Shown in pieces: positions 10,251 to 19,496 of a stretch of 64,000 nt of DNA. Both the position numbers and the translations under genes were made by a program. The notes beneath the pieces are model-generated. The model was given only the letters and a program-made list of their open reading frames with translations, did no database searches and was not told the DNA's origin. The DNA is from Trueperaceae bacterium (lineage in GTDB: Bacteria; Deinococcota; Deinococci; Deinococcales; Trueperaceae): positions 3,328,001 to 3,392,000 of the forward strand of contig OZ243913.1 in assembly GCA_965213705.1 (NCBI GenBank), in the 5' to 3' direction. The first letter of the stretch is position 1, and every line of letters starts with the position of its first letter.

Positions 10251-10988
10251 CTAGCCCGCCCGGCCTGAGGTTTGGCCGTCGACGGTGGCGACCTCACCGG
10301 TTTCCATACGCTGTTTGAACTTGCGCAGGTCTTCGCCGACTTGTTGGTTGGGCTCTTCGCCGAACAGCTTGGCGACCGCCGCGCCGACCGGACCCAAGGG
10401 CGGGTGGTAGGTCAGCGAGACTTTGAGTTCGGTGCCGCGCCCACCGGGGGCGTCCCTGAATTCGACGTAACCCTCGTTGGGAACCGTTGCGCCCTCGAGC
10501 GACCGCCAGGCGATGCGCTCGTTTTTCTGGTCGTAGACCAGTTCGGCGTCCCATTCGATAGAAGTGTTGACCGGACCCTTGGCGACCCAGTGCGAGCGGT
10601 CACCCTCTAAGTTTTCGACCGACTTGAGGTGGCTCATCACGTGGGGTAGGTTTTCAAAGTCGCGCCAGTAGTCGTACAACTCCGAAGCAGGTTTGTCGAT
10701 GGTGACGCTTTCAACAACGTCGACGCCGCCACTGCGCTCTTCTTTGCCAAATCTTTGGCGCTGCGGCTTGGCGGTGAAGCCTTGGTAAACCACGTAAGCG
10801 CCCGCGAGCGCAAACAGCGAGCCCGCCACGACGGCCGTCCAGTTGGTCTTGTTCCGGTGGTAAGCGAGTTCGTCCTCTTCGATGTAGTCGTACAGGTCGT
10901 AGTCAGTTCGGTTGTAGTCGGTTCGGTCGTTCGTTGCGTAGTCCACACCGTAGTAAGCGGTGCGCCCTCGAATCGTCGTCTCGTCCAT
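10251..10988 (-). CDS. SRPBCC (cyclase/dehydrase-like) family protein
   Basis: LYDYWRDFENLPHVM, SHWVAKGP, WDAE, IAWRS, APGGRGTE, DLRKFKQ.METGE. Confidence 0.9.
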   Translation of the reverse strand: MDETTIRGRTAYYGVDYATNDRTDYNRTDYDLYDYIEEDELAYHRNKTNWTAVVAGSLFALAGAYVVYQGFTAKPQRQRFGKEERSGGVDVVESVTIDKPASELYDYWRDFENLPHVMSHLKSVENLEGDRSHWVAKGPVNTSIEWDAELVYDQKNERIAWRSLEGATVPNEGYVEFRDAPGGRGTELKVSLTYHPPLGPVGAAVAKLFGEEPNQQVGEDLRKFKQRMETGEVATVDGQTSGRAG

Positions 10989-11101
10989 GAGCCTCTCCTT
11001 TTCTTGCGACCTACAGGGTCACTACCGCCATTATGAAACCCCGGTCACGGTTCAAACCGTATCGCTGACCGTGTTGTCACGCCGCTCCAAACGTTATACC
11101 C

Positions 11102-11121
11102 CCTCACAATTGTTTTGTAAG
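11102..11121. promoter_or_regulatory. Candidate operator CCTCACAA-N3-TTTTGTAAG
   Basis: Imperfect palindrome in a divergent promoter region; 17/20 identical copy at 31979-31998. Confidence 0.45.
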
Positions 11122-11177
11122 GTGGGGCGTAGGGTTGCAAAGGCGTCGAGTTTTGTTGAGAGCGGGGGTTTCAAAAC

Positions 11178-11888
11178 GTGGCTATCAAAGGTCTTATTTT
11201 AGATGTAGACGGCACCCTGGTCGACAGCAACGCCTTTCACGCTCGAGCCTGGCAACAAGCGATGGCCGAAGCGGGTTTTATGGTCGGGCTGGAGCAAATC
11301 AAAACCCTCATCGGCATGAAAGGCAGCCTGCTGTTGCCAAAGGCCGTAGGGGTCGAGGCGGACAGCGACACGGGAAAACGCGTCGACGCGCGCCGCGCGG
11401 AACTTTTTAAAAAGCGCTATTTGCCCCAAGTCAGGGCGTTTCCCCGAACCGAAGAACTTCTTGCCCGTCTTCACGACGACGGCGTACAGATGGTGGTGGC
11501 GAGTTCGTCGGAGGACGAGGTTTCAGAACCCTTGCTGAAGCGGGCCGGGGCCAAGTCAATTGTCGAAGGCAAGACCTCCGCCGAGGACGCCGAACACTCC
11601 AAACCCGCGCCGGACATCGTCGAAGCCGCCCTTGAAAAGTTCGACTATCCCAGAGCCGAGATTTTGATGCTTGGCGACACGCCTTACGACGTCGAGGCGG
11701 CCACCCGTGCGGGCGTGGGCTGCGTCGCGCTGCGCTGCGGCGGCTGGGACGACGCGAGTCTGAGCGAGGCCGTGGCGATTTACGACAGTCCGGCGGACCT
11801 GCTCGAGCACCTGGACACCTCGCCGCTGGCGCAGAAGAACGGCGCAGAAGAACGAACAACCCGTGCAAACCGACGGTCGTTGACCTGA
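11178..11888 (+). CDS. HAD family hydrolase
   Basis: DVDGTLVDS, ASSS, KPAPD, GDTPYD. Confidence 0.92.
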   Translation: MAIKGLILDVDGTLVDSNAFHARAWQQAMAEAGFMVGLEQIKTLIGMKGSLLLPKAVGVEADSDTGKRVDARRAELFKKRYLPQVRAFPRTEELLARLHDDGVQMVVASSSEDEVSEPLLKRAGAKSIVEGKTSAEDAEHSKPAPDIVEAALEKFDYPRAEILMLGDTPYDVEAATRAGVGCVALRCGGWDDASLSEAVAIYDSPADLLEHLDTSPLAQKNGAEERTTRANRRSLT

Positions 11889-12107
11889 GTAGACCTTGCA
11901 AAAATCCAACTGGACAGCGGTAGTGACCGGTCGTGTCGTTGCTCAGTTGATACTTATCAAGAAAAGTCTAGTACCCCCGTTCACAAAGAGGTTTTCGCCC
12001 CACCTTCGCCACGCCGGGAAACACGCTTTTGCTTTTCAACAAGGTCAATCTTGACCGAAATGTCGACCAAAGCTTGACAACAAAACTCAAACTCGACCGG
12101 GAGGTGT

Positions 12108-12893
12108 TTAGCTGCTCGCGCTCGTGTAGTTCGCCACCGCGTAGCGCCAGAACAGGCGGCTCAGCCCGAACAGCGCGCTCGCCATGACCACGCTGCCGAG
12201 TACAGCCCCCGGCGTGAGCCGCCCGACCGCCGCCGAGGCGGGCACGGTCGTGATAAAGGCAATCGGCACGACGAAAGTCAAAAAAAAGCGCGCCCAAACA
12301 GGAAACGCCGTGACCGGAAAACGCCCGGCGGTAAAAAACGCATAGAACAGTTCGCTGACGTTGGCGACCTTGACGAGCCAAAACGCCGTCGTCGTGAGCA
12401 TCAACCAAATCGCGTAAACGATTACCGCGCCGCAAAACAGCAGGCCCGTCGCCAGCAGCACGGTGACGAGGTTGAGCTGTCCCGCCTGCGCCATACCGTA
12501 GCCGATAAGTCCGAAAGCGAGCAGCAGTTGCGGCACCATCCACACGCTCAAAAATCGGGCCGACACCATAAACTGCGCGCTGATGGGTTTGAGCAGAAAG
12601 AAGTCCATGTTGCCGGTGCGAACGTATTCGGGCAACTTGTTCAGGTTGGGATACATAAAGATGTCGATAAGCGCCTCTAAGACCATAAACACGCCGTACA
12701 GCGTCAGCGCCTCGCCGAAGCTCCAGCCGCCGACCGAGTCGGCGTTTGCAAACATCGCGTACAACACGAGCAAACCCGTCGCGGTGGTGATGAGCGAGTT
12801 GAAAATGTTGAGGACGAAGTTGCCGCGGTACTCGAGTTCGAGTTGCAGCGAGTTGGCGGTAAAAATGCGCATGAGTTTGAAATAGCGTCTCAC
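12108..12893 (-). CDS. ABC-2 type permease
   Basis: LEYRGNF, GGWS, RTGNMDFFLLKP, RFP motifs; hydrophobic; GTG overlaps the upstream gene stop. Confidence 0.88.
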   Translation of the reverse strand: MRRYFKLMRIFTANSLQLELEYRGNFVLNIFNSLITTATGLLVLYAMFANADSVGGWSFGEALTLYGVFMVLEALIDIFMYPNLNKLPEYVRTGNMDFFLLKPISAQFMVSARFLSVWMVPQLLLAFGLIGYGMAQAGQLNLVTVLLATGLLFCGAVIVYAIWLMLTTTAFWLVKVANVSELFYAFFTAGRFPVTAFPVWARFFLTFVVPIAFITTVPASAAVGRLTPGAVLGSVVMASALFGLSRLFWRYAVANYTSASS

Positions 12894-13744
12894 GCGCCCA
12901 CCGCCCCGTAGCGCTTCAGCCCTTGCCGCCACAGCAGCAGGCGCAAGCCCGCAAACGCTAAAACCCACACACCCTGCGCCGCCACCCCGCGCCACAGTTC
13001 AGCGCCCGCAACCTTGCCGAGCAAAACCTGCACCGGAAAGTCAATCATGTATGGAAACGGCGTGTAGGCGATGGCCGCGCGCACCGCGTCCGGGAACAGC
13101 TCGAGCGGGATGAGCGCGCCGCTCAGACCGATGTAAAGCGCGAAGTAGGTTTGCTCCAGGCCCAACACCTGGTCAAACCAGAACGTCAACAGCCCGAAGC
13201 TGTACTGCTGGTTGAAGCGAATCGCCCAGGCCCCGGCCAACGTGAACATAAAAATGAGGAGGTTTACTGGACTCAGGTCCAAGCGCGCCCCCGCCCACCA
13301 CAGTCCGAGCGCGACCGGCACCAGCACCACGGGAACGCGCAGCGTTTTTTCGGCCAAGTTGCCGACCACGTGCTCCCAGTACGGGTCGAGCGGGCGCAGC
13401 AGTTTGGGCGACAGCTCGCCCAGGCGGATTTCCCGGTCCAAGTCCCACAACACCCACACCACCGTCGCCTGCCGCACCAGAAACACGGTCAAAAAGTAGG
13501 CCGCGAAGTCCGGCGCGGTGTAACCGCCTACGGGGCCGTCCTCGGCCAACCCTATCCAAATCAGCATCATGATGAGAGGCAGCGAACCCGAGACTATCCA
13601 GACAAACATTTCCGCGCGGTACTCGGTAAGGAGCGCAAAGGCGCGGCCGAACAGGGCGGCCGCTCTTTTGAACGTCCAGTACAGGTTACTCCGCAAGGGC
13701 GGCCGCTTTCTCGGCGGGGGTTCGAGCTTGAAGGTCTTTCTCAC
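12890..13744 (-). CDS. ABC-2 type permease
   Basis: EYRAE, IRLGELSPKLLRP, SGALIPLELFP. Confidence 0.88.
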   Translation of the reverse strand: MRKTFKLEPPPRKRPPLRSNLYWTFKRAAALFGRAFALLTEYRAEMFVWIVSGSLPLIMMLIWIGLAEDGPVGGYTAPDFAAYFLTVFLVRQATVVWVLWDLDREIRLGELSPKLLRPLDPYWEHVVGNLAEKTLRVPVVLVPVALGLWWAGARLDLSPVNLLIFMFTLAGAWAIRFNQQYSFGLLTFWFDQVLGLEQTYFALYIGLSGALIPLELFPDAVRAAIAYTPFPYMIDFPVQVLLGKVAGAELWRGVAAQGVWVLAFAGLRLLLWRQGLKRYGAVGA

Positions 13745-14717
13745 CCTCTCGAGCCTCGTTGAACAGGTGCCCGATGACCTCTTCGATGGGCACTTCTTCG
13801 ATGCTGATGTCGGCGACCGGCAACTCGCCCAGCAGCCGGGCGGCGACGCGGGTCAAACTGCGGCGCGGCGCGAGCAGTTCGGCCTGGAGGCCGTCGCAGC
13901 GGCGAACCTCACCGTAAGGAGCAAGCTGCTCGGGCGTTTGCGCCTCGCTGAAGGCCAGCTTAAGCACTTTGCTGGGCGAGCGCGTCTCGACCAAGTTTTG
14001 CAAGTCGCCGTCGAACACAATTCGGCCCCGGTCGATAACGATAATCCGTTTGGCGAGCGCGGTCACGTCGGCCATGTAGTGACTGGTCAACATCACGGTC
14101 GCGCCGTGGCGGAGGTTGTAAGCGGCGACGAAGTCGCGGACGCTCTCTTGCATGTTGACGTCCAACCCGATGGTCGGCTCGTCCAAAAACAGGACTTGCG
14201 GCTGGTGCAGCAGCGCCGCGGCGAGTTCGCACTTCATGCGCTCGCCCAGCGACAGTTTGCGCACCTGTTTGTTTAACAGTCCGTCCAAACTCAGCATTTC
14301 GGTGAGTTCGGCGAGGCGCGTTTTGTAAACGTCGTCGGGAATCTTGTAAACAGCCGCGTTGACCAAAAACGAGTCGAGGGCGGCCAAGTCCCAACTGAGC
14401 TGCTGCTTTTGGCCCATCACGAGCGTGATGGTTTTGAGAAACTCGGCCTGACGGCGTTTGGGCTCGAGCCCCGCCACCCGCACCTCCCCCGCGCTCGGGT
14501 GGAGCAGGCCGGACAGCATCTTCAGCGTCGTCGTCTTGCCCGCGCCGTTCGCCCCCAAAAACCCGACGACTTCGCCTGGGGCAATGTCGAAGGAGACCTC
14601 GTCTACCGCTTTCACAGTCTTAAAGTCGCGCTTGAAGAACGCGTTCAAGCTGCCCCGAAAGCCCGCCTCTTTTTCATGAACCCGGTAGTGCTTGCTCAGT
14701 TTGCCGACGTGAATCAT
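13686..14717 (-). CDS. ABC transporter ATP-binding protein
   Basis: GANGAGKTT, LSLGERMK, LFLDEPT, SH switch. Confidence 0.95.
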   Translation of the reverse strand: MIHVGKLSKHYRVHEKEAGFRGSLNAFFKRDFKTVKAVDEVSFDIAPGEVVGFLGANGAGKTTTLKMLSGLLHPSAGEVRVAGLEPKRRQAEFLKTITLVMGQKQQLSWDLAALDSFLVNAAVYKIPDDVYKTRLAELTEMLSLDGLLNKQVRKLSLGERMKCELAAALLHQPQVLFLDEPTIGLDVNMQESVRDFVAAYNLRHGATVMLTSHYMADVTALAKRIIVIDRGRIVFDGDLQNLVETRSPSKVLKLAFSEAQTPEQLAPYGEVRRCDGLQAELLAPRRSLTRVAARLLGELPVADISIEEVPIEEVIGHLFNEAREGEKDLQARTPAEKAAALAE

Positions 14718-14841
14718 GCAAAGGGCAGTATACGACCCCGCAGGCGATTAAAAAAAGAGGCTCGAGCCCGCCCTCCACTTAGACAAGAAAAAAGCAAGGG
14801 AGCCGAAAAGCGCTCTCCCCTGCCCTCACTATTTTTGAACT

Positions 14842-15495
14842 TTAGGCCGCGACCAAACCTTTCAGCTTGTCGTACGCCGCCTCGGCCCGCTGTTTGACGA
14901 CGCTGTAGTCTTTGGAGCGGCCCGCCATCATCACGTGCATGTTCATGTGCCGGTCTACATCGCCGAAAATCGAATTGAGGACTTCGACCTCTTCGCGGCT
15001 GCGTAAGCTAGCGTCGTCGCGGAACATCGCCGGGTAGATGTACTCGAACTGCTGGTCGCTGATGACGCCGGACAGGTACTGCTCGAGCACGTCCAGGTAA
15101 GGTTTTAGGTCGCTGCGGACGGTCGGCGTCGTTTTAGTGGTTGCACCGTCGGCTTGAGGCACTTGGGCAAAACCCGCGTCGAGCGTCTGCGGGTTGATGT
15201 CCCAGTTGTCGAGGTCGTACACGGCCTCGCCGTCCTTGAACAAAATCACCTGCGGCGACTCGTGGCGGATGCCGGTCATCTCACTCACGAGGTTGCTGGC
15301 AGGCCGCGCCTCGACCACGCGGATGATGCCGACCATCATGTCTTCGCGCGGCTCCAACTTCTCTTGCAAAAAGCCGAAGCCCTGCATCGTTTTGTGGCAG
15401 GTGCCCGCTTTGAAAATGACGCTCGTTGGGTACTTGTCCAAAAACTGGTTGAGGTCTTCGGGGCTTGTTAGGTTAACGACTCGGTCTCTAAACAT
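14842..15495 (-). CDS. brxC: Monothiol bacilliredoxin BrxC/YtxJ family (AbxC-type) with helical C-terminal domain
   Basis: FKAGTCHKT active site, IRHESPQVILFKDG; C-terminal part resembles the colicin D immunity-like family. Confidence 0.85.
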   Translation of the reverse strand: MFRDRVVNLTSPEDLNQFLDKYPTSVIFKAGTCHKTMQGFGFLQEKLEPREDMMVGIIRVVEARPASNLVSEMTGIRHESPQVILFKDGEAVYDLDNWDINPQTLDAGFAQVPQADGATTKTTPTVRSDLKPYLDVLEQYLSGVISDQQFEYIYPAMFRDDASLRSREEVEVLNSIFGDVDRHMNMHVMMAGRSKDYSVVKQRAEAAYDKLKGLVAA

Positions 15496-15636
15496 GGTGA
15501 CTCCTTCGGAACTAGCTATAAAAAACCTACTACCTCAAAACATAGTATAAGGCGCGGCCTGAGATGCTAGTCCTGTTCGTGACAAAGGAGCGCTGCTGAA
15601 AGGTCGGCTCGAGGCGAGGGTGCTCGAGGCGGAAAA

Positions 15637-15755
15637 GTTTAACGTCTAAGCTCAGCCGCCGTGGGCGGCAGTTCGTTTCAAAGCAGCACGGAGACGCCAA
15701 TGCCGCAAATGAGCAAAACTGCCAAGCCCACGGTCGGCTGCAGCGGGTGTTATGC
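15637..15755 (-). mobile_element. attC integron cassette recombination site (119 bp)
   Basis: Minus strand GCATAAC...GTTAAAC; arms ctgcagccgaccgtgggc-ttggcagtt and aactgccgcccacggcggctgag pair with extrahelical bases; gene stop lies inside R''. Confidence 0.85.
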
Positions 15756-16046
15756 CGCGCTTTCATCGTATCGTCCTCGCCCAAGCGAGAAAAGAACAAA
15801 GTCCGTCGTTGCTGCTACGAGAGAGTCATGCACTATGAGGTGCTGGTATGCTTTGTCATACCAGCCAACCCGAAAAGAACCATCCCGTTCCTCTATGAAG
15901 GTGTTGGGACTACTCCGCTTGTCATAGGAGAAATGCAATAGGCGTTTGCATTCCTCAGGGTGGCTACGGAAGTAGGCAGCGATTTCTTCCGCAGAAAGCG
16001 ATGCCGCGTCAATCTCCAAGGGCGGTAGGTAAGTCGGATGGGGCAT
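15750..16046 (-). CDS. Hypothetical protein carried in an integron-type cassette (98 aa)
   Basis: ORF fills the space between two attC sites; stop TAA is within GCATAAC. Confidence 0.7.
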   Translation of the reverse strand: MPHPTYLPPLEIDAASLSAEEIAAYFRSHPEECKRLLHFSYDKRSSPNTFIEERDGSFRVGWYDKAYQHLIVHDSLVAATTDFVLFSLGRGRYDESAA

Positions 16047-16062
16047 AGTTAAGCACCGCACG

Positions 16063-16176
16063 GCATAACGGCCTAAGCTCAGGGGTTCGGACGTGTTGAA
16101 GATGCAAGTCATGCTCTAAATCTGCGCTAGATTTTCGGCAGGGCGAATCCGAATCCTTTGCAGCGCCTAGTTATGC
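16063..16176 (-). mobile_element. attC integron cassette recombination site (114 bp)
   Basis: Minus strand GCATAAC taggcgctgcaaaggattcgga...tccgaacccctgagcttaggcc GTTATGC; complementary R boxes, bulged base in L''. Confidence 0.85.
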
Positions 16177-16350
16177 ACGACCTGACGTAACAACTGCAAG
16201 CTGAGGCAGTGGTTTTGAAACGAGTCTCGTTTTCAAGTCGCTTTGAGTTTCAAGCGCACGCTGGTAAAGCGTTGACAGGTCGTGATTAGCTTCTTTCTCG
16301 AGTTCAAGCCGCGCTTCACGAACTTCTTCGACAACTACATCTTCCCACAT
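16171..16350 (-). CDS. Small protein typical of genes downstream of PIN-domain toxins (putative antitoxin), 59 aa
   Basis: MWEDVVVEEVREAR..L...NHDL pattern; GGAGGT RBS; stop lies in attC R''. Confidence 0.65.
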   Translation of the reverse strand: MWEDVVVEEVREARLELEKEANHDLSTLYQRALETQSDLKTRLVSKPLPQLAVVTSGRA

Positions 16351-16352
16351 AC

Positions 16353-16436
16353 TTACACCTCCATGAGTTCTTGTGGTGTACACAGAACCGGCGTGTGAAC
16401 GTTTAAGTCCTGGTTAAGTGCTTGCACCAGAGGGCG
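16353..16436 (-). pseudogene. C-terminal 27-aa remnant of a PIN-domain (VapC-like) toxin
   Basis: Manual translation RPLVQALNQDLNVHTPVLCTPQELMEV*; the P.lCTP.EL ending is typical of this family; in-frame stop directly upstream. Confidence 0.65.
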
Positions 16437-16449
16437 TTAACAGAAATAC

Positions 16450-16507
16450 TAGCCTGAGTGCTGAAATCTTGATGGGTGTATTTGCAAGATTTGATACTTG
16501 CTGGCTA
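16450..16507 (-). terminator. Hairpin downstream of the tRNA-like RNA
   Basis: tagcc/ggcta and aaatcttg/caagattt stems followed by tatttctgtt on the minus strand. Confidence 0.4.
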
Positions 16508-16514
16508 AGTGAGG

Positions 16515-16629
16515 TGAGGAAGGCAGGATTCGAACCTGCGACATGCTTCTCGTTACGCTCTCTGAGAAAACATGCAACCGTCGCTCTGTTTGGAGTTGAC
16601 AGCTACCTTCTCCGCTCAGTCACTTCCTC
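16515..16629 (-). ncRNA. Irregular tRNA-like RNA (115 nt): canonical acceptor, D and T arms, 15-nt anticodon loop, very long variable arm
   Basis: GAGGAAG/CTTCCTC acceptor plus A73; D arm ACTGAGCGGAGAAGGT; T arm GCAGG-TTCGAAT-CCTGC; stem GCTGTC/GACGGT; V arm GCATGTTTTCTC/GAGAAGCATGT. Confidence 0.75.
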
Positions 16630-16741
16630 ATTCTTGACGAATAGCCTACAAATTAATCACTTTGGCGCGGCGTGAAAAGTCCGCTGGACGAAGTGTAAAT
16701 TAAGTCTCACGTAACAAGCCTTTCTTCTTGGGCAATTCGCT

Positions 16742-17992
16742 TTAGTTCACCATCTTCGTGCGCCGCGACTGGAAGTCTTGTAGCACGTACTGCCCGATGG
16801 TGTGCGGCGTGGTGAAGTAGGCTTTGCCCCGCGTCATCTGCGAGACGCGCTGCACAAAGGCGATGAGTTCGGGGTCCCTCGCCAGCATAAACGTGTTGAT
16901 TTGAATGCCCTGGCGGCGGCAAGCGCCGACCTCGCGCAGGGTTTCGCCCAAGACCATCGGGTCGAGGCCGTAGGCGTTTTTGTAAACGCGCCCGTTCGGC
17001 AGGGTGATGGCGGACGGTTTGCCGTCGGTAATCATCACGATTTGCTTCATGTCTTTGTTCTGCCGCTTGAGGATTTTTTGGGCCAGTCGCAAACCCTCGG
17101 CGGTGTTCGTGTGGTACGGCCCGACCTGGGCTTGAGCGAGCTTCGCCAGAGGGATTTCCTCGGCGCTGTTATGAAATAAAACGAACTTGATAACGTCGCC
17201 GCGGTACTGGGTGTGAATCATGTGGGCGAGTGCCAGCGCGACCTGTTTGGCCGGGGTGAAGCGGTCCTCGCCGTAAAGAATCATCGAGTGCGAGCAGTCG
17301 AGCATGACCACCGTCGCCGCCGACGAGTGATATTCGGACTGCATCACTTGCAAGTCGCCGTAGTCGAGTTGGAGTTTGCCGTCTTCAAGCCCGTGCTTGG
17401 CGGCGTTTTTAAAGGTCTCGCCCATGTCGATGTTCATGGTGTCGCCGAACTCGTAGGGTTTGGACTCGGAAATCGCCTCGACGCCGGTCGTTTGAAACTT
17501 GGTGTCGTGCGCGCCGATGGAGCTTTTGCCCGCGCCGCCGAGCACCTCTTTCAGGGTGCGGTAGCCCAAAAAGTCGATGGCCTTGTTGGTGAGTTCGAAC
17601 TTCACCTGGCCGGGGTCGCGGTCGGGGCCTTGGCCGCCCTGACCGGGCGCGTTGGGGTCGCCCGGTTCGTCGCCGCCCTGGGGTTTGAGGTAACCCTCTT
17701 GCTCGAGCCGCTGCGCGAGTTCTTTGACCATCTCGCCGAGCTTCGAGTCCATCCAGTTTTCGGCGTTCATCGCCTGTTCGATGGTCTGCTCATTCACAAG
17801 CTCGTTGTTGATGAGCGCCTCGGCGATGGCGTCGTAGAGGTCTTGCATGGTTTGCTGGTAGTTCGGGTCGGGGTCCCAGGGGTTGCGCTGGAAGCCGGAC
17901 TCGAGCAGGCGGTCCTGAATCATCTTCATCAGGTCGGCCATGTCGAGGTCGTCCAGGGTCGCCTCGTATTTGCTGTAGCGGGTGGCGGGCAT
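16742..17992 (-). CDS. VWA domain-containing protein
   Basis: MIDAS motif [20 protein letters not shown]. Confidence 0.9.
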   Translation of the reverse strand: MPATRYSKYEATLDDLDMADLMKMIQDRLLESGFQRNPWDPDPNYQQTMQDLYDAIAEALINNELVNEQTIEQAMNAENWMDSKLGEMVKELAQRLEQEGYLKPQGGDEPGDPNAPGQGGQGPDRDPGQVKFELTNKAIDFLGYRTLKEVLGGAGKSSIGAHDTKFQTTGVEAISESKPYEFGDTMNIDMGETFKNAAKHGLEDGKLQLDYGDLQVMQSEYHSSAATVVMLDCSHSMILYGEDRFTPAKQVALALAHMIHTQYRGDVIKFVLFHNSAEEIPLAKLAQAQVGPYHTNTAEGLRLAQKILKRQNKDMKQIVMITDGKPSAITLPNGRVYKNAYGLDPMVLGETLREVGACRRQGIQINTFMLARDPELIAFVQRVSQMTRGKAYFTTPHTIGQYVLQDFQSRRTKMVN

Positions 17993-18020
17993 TACGAATC
18001 CAGCCTCCTTAGGTTCATCC

Positions 18021-19496
18021 TTAGTTCCAGCGGCGGCGCGTGCCGGCCTGGCTCAGGTCGGGCTCGGCCGCGCTGTAGCCGCGCTCTTCGCTCCGGGCGA
18101 CCTGTTTGCGCGCGTAAAGGCCCTCGAGCACGAACTCCGCGGCGACGGCCAAGTCGTCCCGGCCCGTTCCTTCGGCGATGTTCCGCGCGGCGTCGATGAG
18201 GCCGGGAACGCGCGCGAACACTTCGGGCAACTGCTCGGTCTGCAAGCTGTCGGGCACTTTTAGGGTGTTGTCCGAATCGAAGTACTCGGTGATGGAACTC
18301 GTCTCCAGGTTCACCCCGCGGCGGCCGAACACCTGGCCCACGGCGCGGCGGACGATGTCGGTGGCGACCGCTTCGCCGCCCTTGAGTTCGCCTTCGTACT
18401 CCAACTCCAACTTGCCCGTGACCGATGAGAGGCCCGCGTACAGGTCGGTGGTGCGAGCAACCGGCGTTTTTTCGCCCAAGGTGTAGGCGCGGCGCTCGGC
18501 GTTGCTCACCACGTTTTCCATGAGGCTGATGGGCAGGCGCTGCGACACGCCGGAGTGTTTGTCGACGCGGGAGTCGTCCCTTGCTTGAAACGCGACCTCT
18601 TCGACCATCTCGGCGATGAAGGACGGCACCTTCACCTCGCCCTCGCGCAGCACCCACGCTTCTTGCGAGGTAATTGCCATGCCCTCTTCGACGGTGGCGG
18701 GGTAGTGCGTGCGAATCTCCGAGCCGACCCGGTCTTTCAACGGCGTGATGATTTTGCCCCGTGCGGTGTAGTCCTCGGGGTTGGCGCTGAAGACGAGCAT
18801 CACGTCCAGCGGCAAGCGGATGGGGTAACCCTTAATCTGCACGTCGCCCTCTTGCATGATGTTGAACAGGCCGACCTGCACCTTGCCGGACAGGTCGGGC
18901 AGTTCGTTCATGGCGAAGATGCCGCGGTTGGCGCGCGGCAAAAGTCCGTAGTGGACGCTACGTGGGTCGCCGAGCTGGATGCCCAAACGCGCCGCCTTGA
19001 TGGGGTCGATGTCGCCGATGATGTCGGCGACGGTCACGTCGGGCGTGGCGAGCTTTTCGACGTAGCGAGCCTCGCGCGGCATCCACTCCACGGGCGCGGC
19101 GTCGCCGCATTCGGCGACCATTTCCTGACCTTCGACGCTCACCGGGTTGAAGGGGTCGTCGTTGAGTTCGCTGCCGGCCAAGACCGGAATCTCTTCGTCC
19201 AACAAAGAGGTGAGTTGCCGCAGGATGCGCGTTTTGGCCTGGCCGCGCAAGCCCAGCAAAATAAAGTTGTGGCGGCTCAGCACCGCGTTGACGATTCTGG
19301 GCGTGACCGACTCTTCGTAGCCGACGATGCCGGGAAATACGGGTTTGTTGTCTTTCAAGCGGGCAATCAGGTTGCTGCGCAGTTCGTCCTTGACGCTGCG
19401 CCCCGCTTTGGCGGCCCAGTCGGTACCGCGCAGTTCGCCTAAAGTTTTGGGGTTCACGAGCGCTTGCCTTGGGGTATAAATTTCTTCATGCCTCAT
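18021..19496 (-). CDS. AAA+ ATPase, magnesium chelatase/MoxR-like
   Basis: GLRGQAKT Walker [23 protein letters not shown]; paired with the VWA gene. Confidence 0.88.
   Translation of the reverse strand: MRHEEIYTPRQALVNPKTLGELRGTDWAAKAGRSVKDELRSNLIARLKDNKPVFPGIVGYEESVTPRIVNAVLSRHNFILLGLRGQAKTRILRQLTSLLDEEIPVLAGSELNDDPFNPVSVEGQEMVAECGDAAPVEWMPREARYVEKLATPDVTVADIIGDIDPIKAARLGIQLGDPRSVHYGLLPRANRGIFAMNELPDLSGKVQVGLFNIMQEGDVQIKGYPIRLPLDVMLVFSANPEDYTARGKIITPLKDRVGSEIRTHYPATVEEGMAITSQEAWVLREGEVKVPSFIAEMVEEVAFQARDDSRVDKHSGVSQRLPISLMENVVSNAERRAYTLGEKTPVARTTDLYAGLSSVTGKLELEYEGELKGGEAVATDIVRRAVGQVFGRRGVNLETSSITEYFDSDNTLKVPDSLQTEQLPEVFARVPGLIDAARNIAEGTGRDDLAVAAEFVLEGLYARKQVARSEERGYSAAEPDLSQAGTRRRWN

Noticed and set aside
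14842..15495. Thioredoxin-like plus colicin-immunity-like fusion as a novel system
   Set aside because: Matches, as I recall it, the described Deinococcus atypical bacilliredoxin AbxC architecture (TCHKT motif plus helical C-terminal domain)
16418..16675. 85-aa plus-strand ORF overlapping the tRNA-like element
   Set aside because: No recognisable RBS or domain; the minus-strand cloverleaf explains the sequence better
16742..19496. VWA + AAA ATPase pair as a new system
   Set aside because: Widespread, already recognised chelatase/MoxR-like pairing with host-like composition
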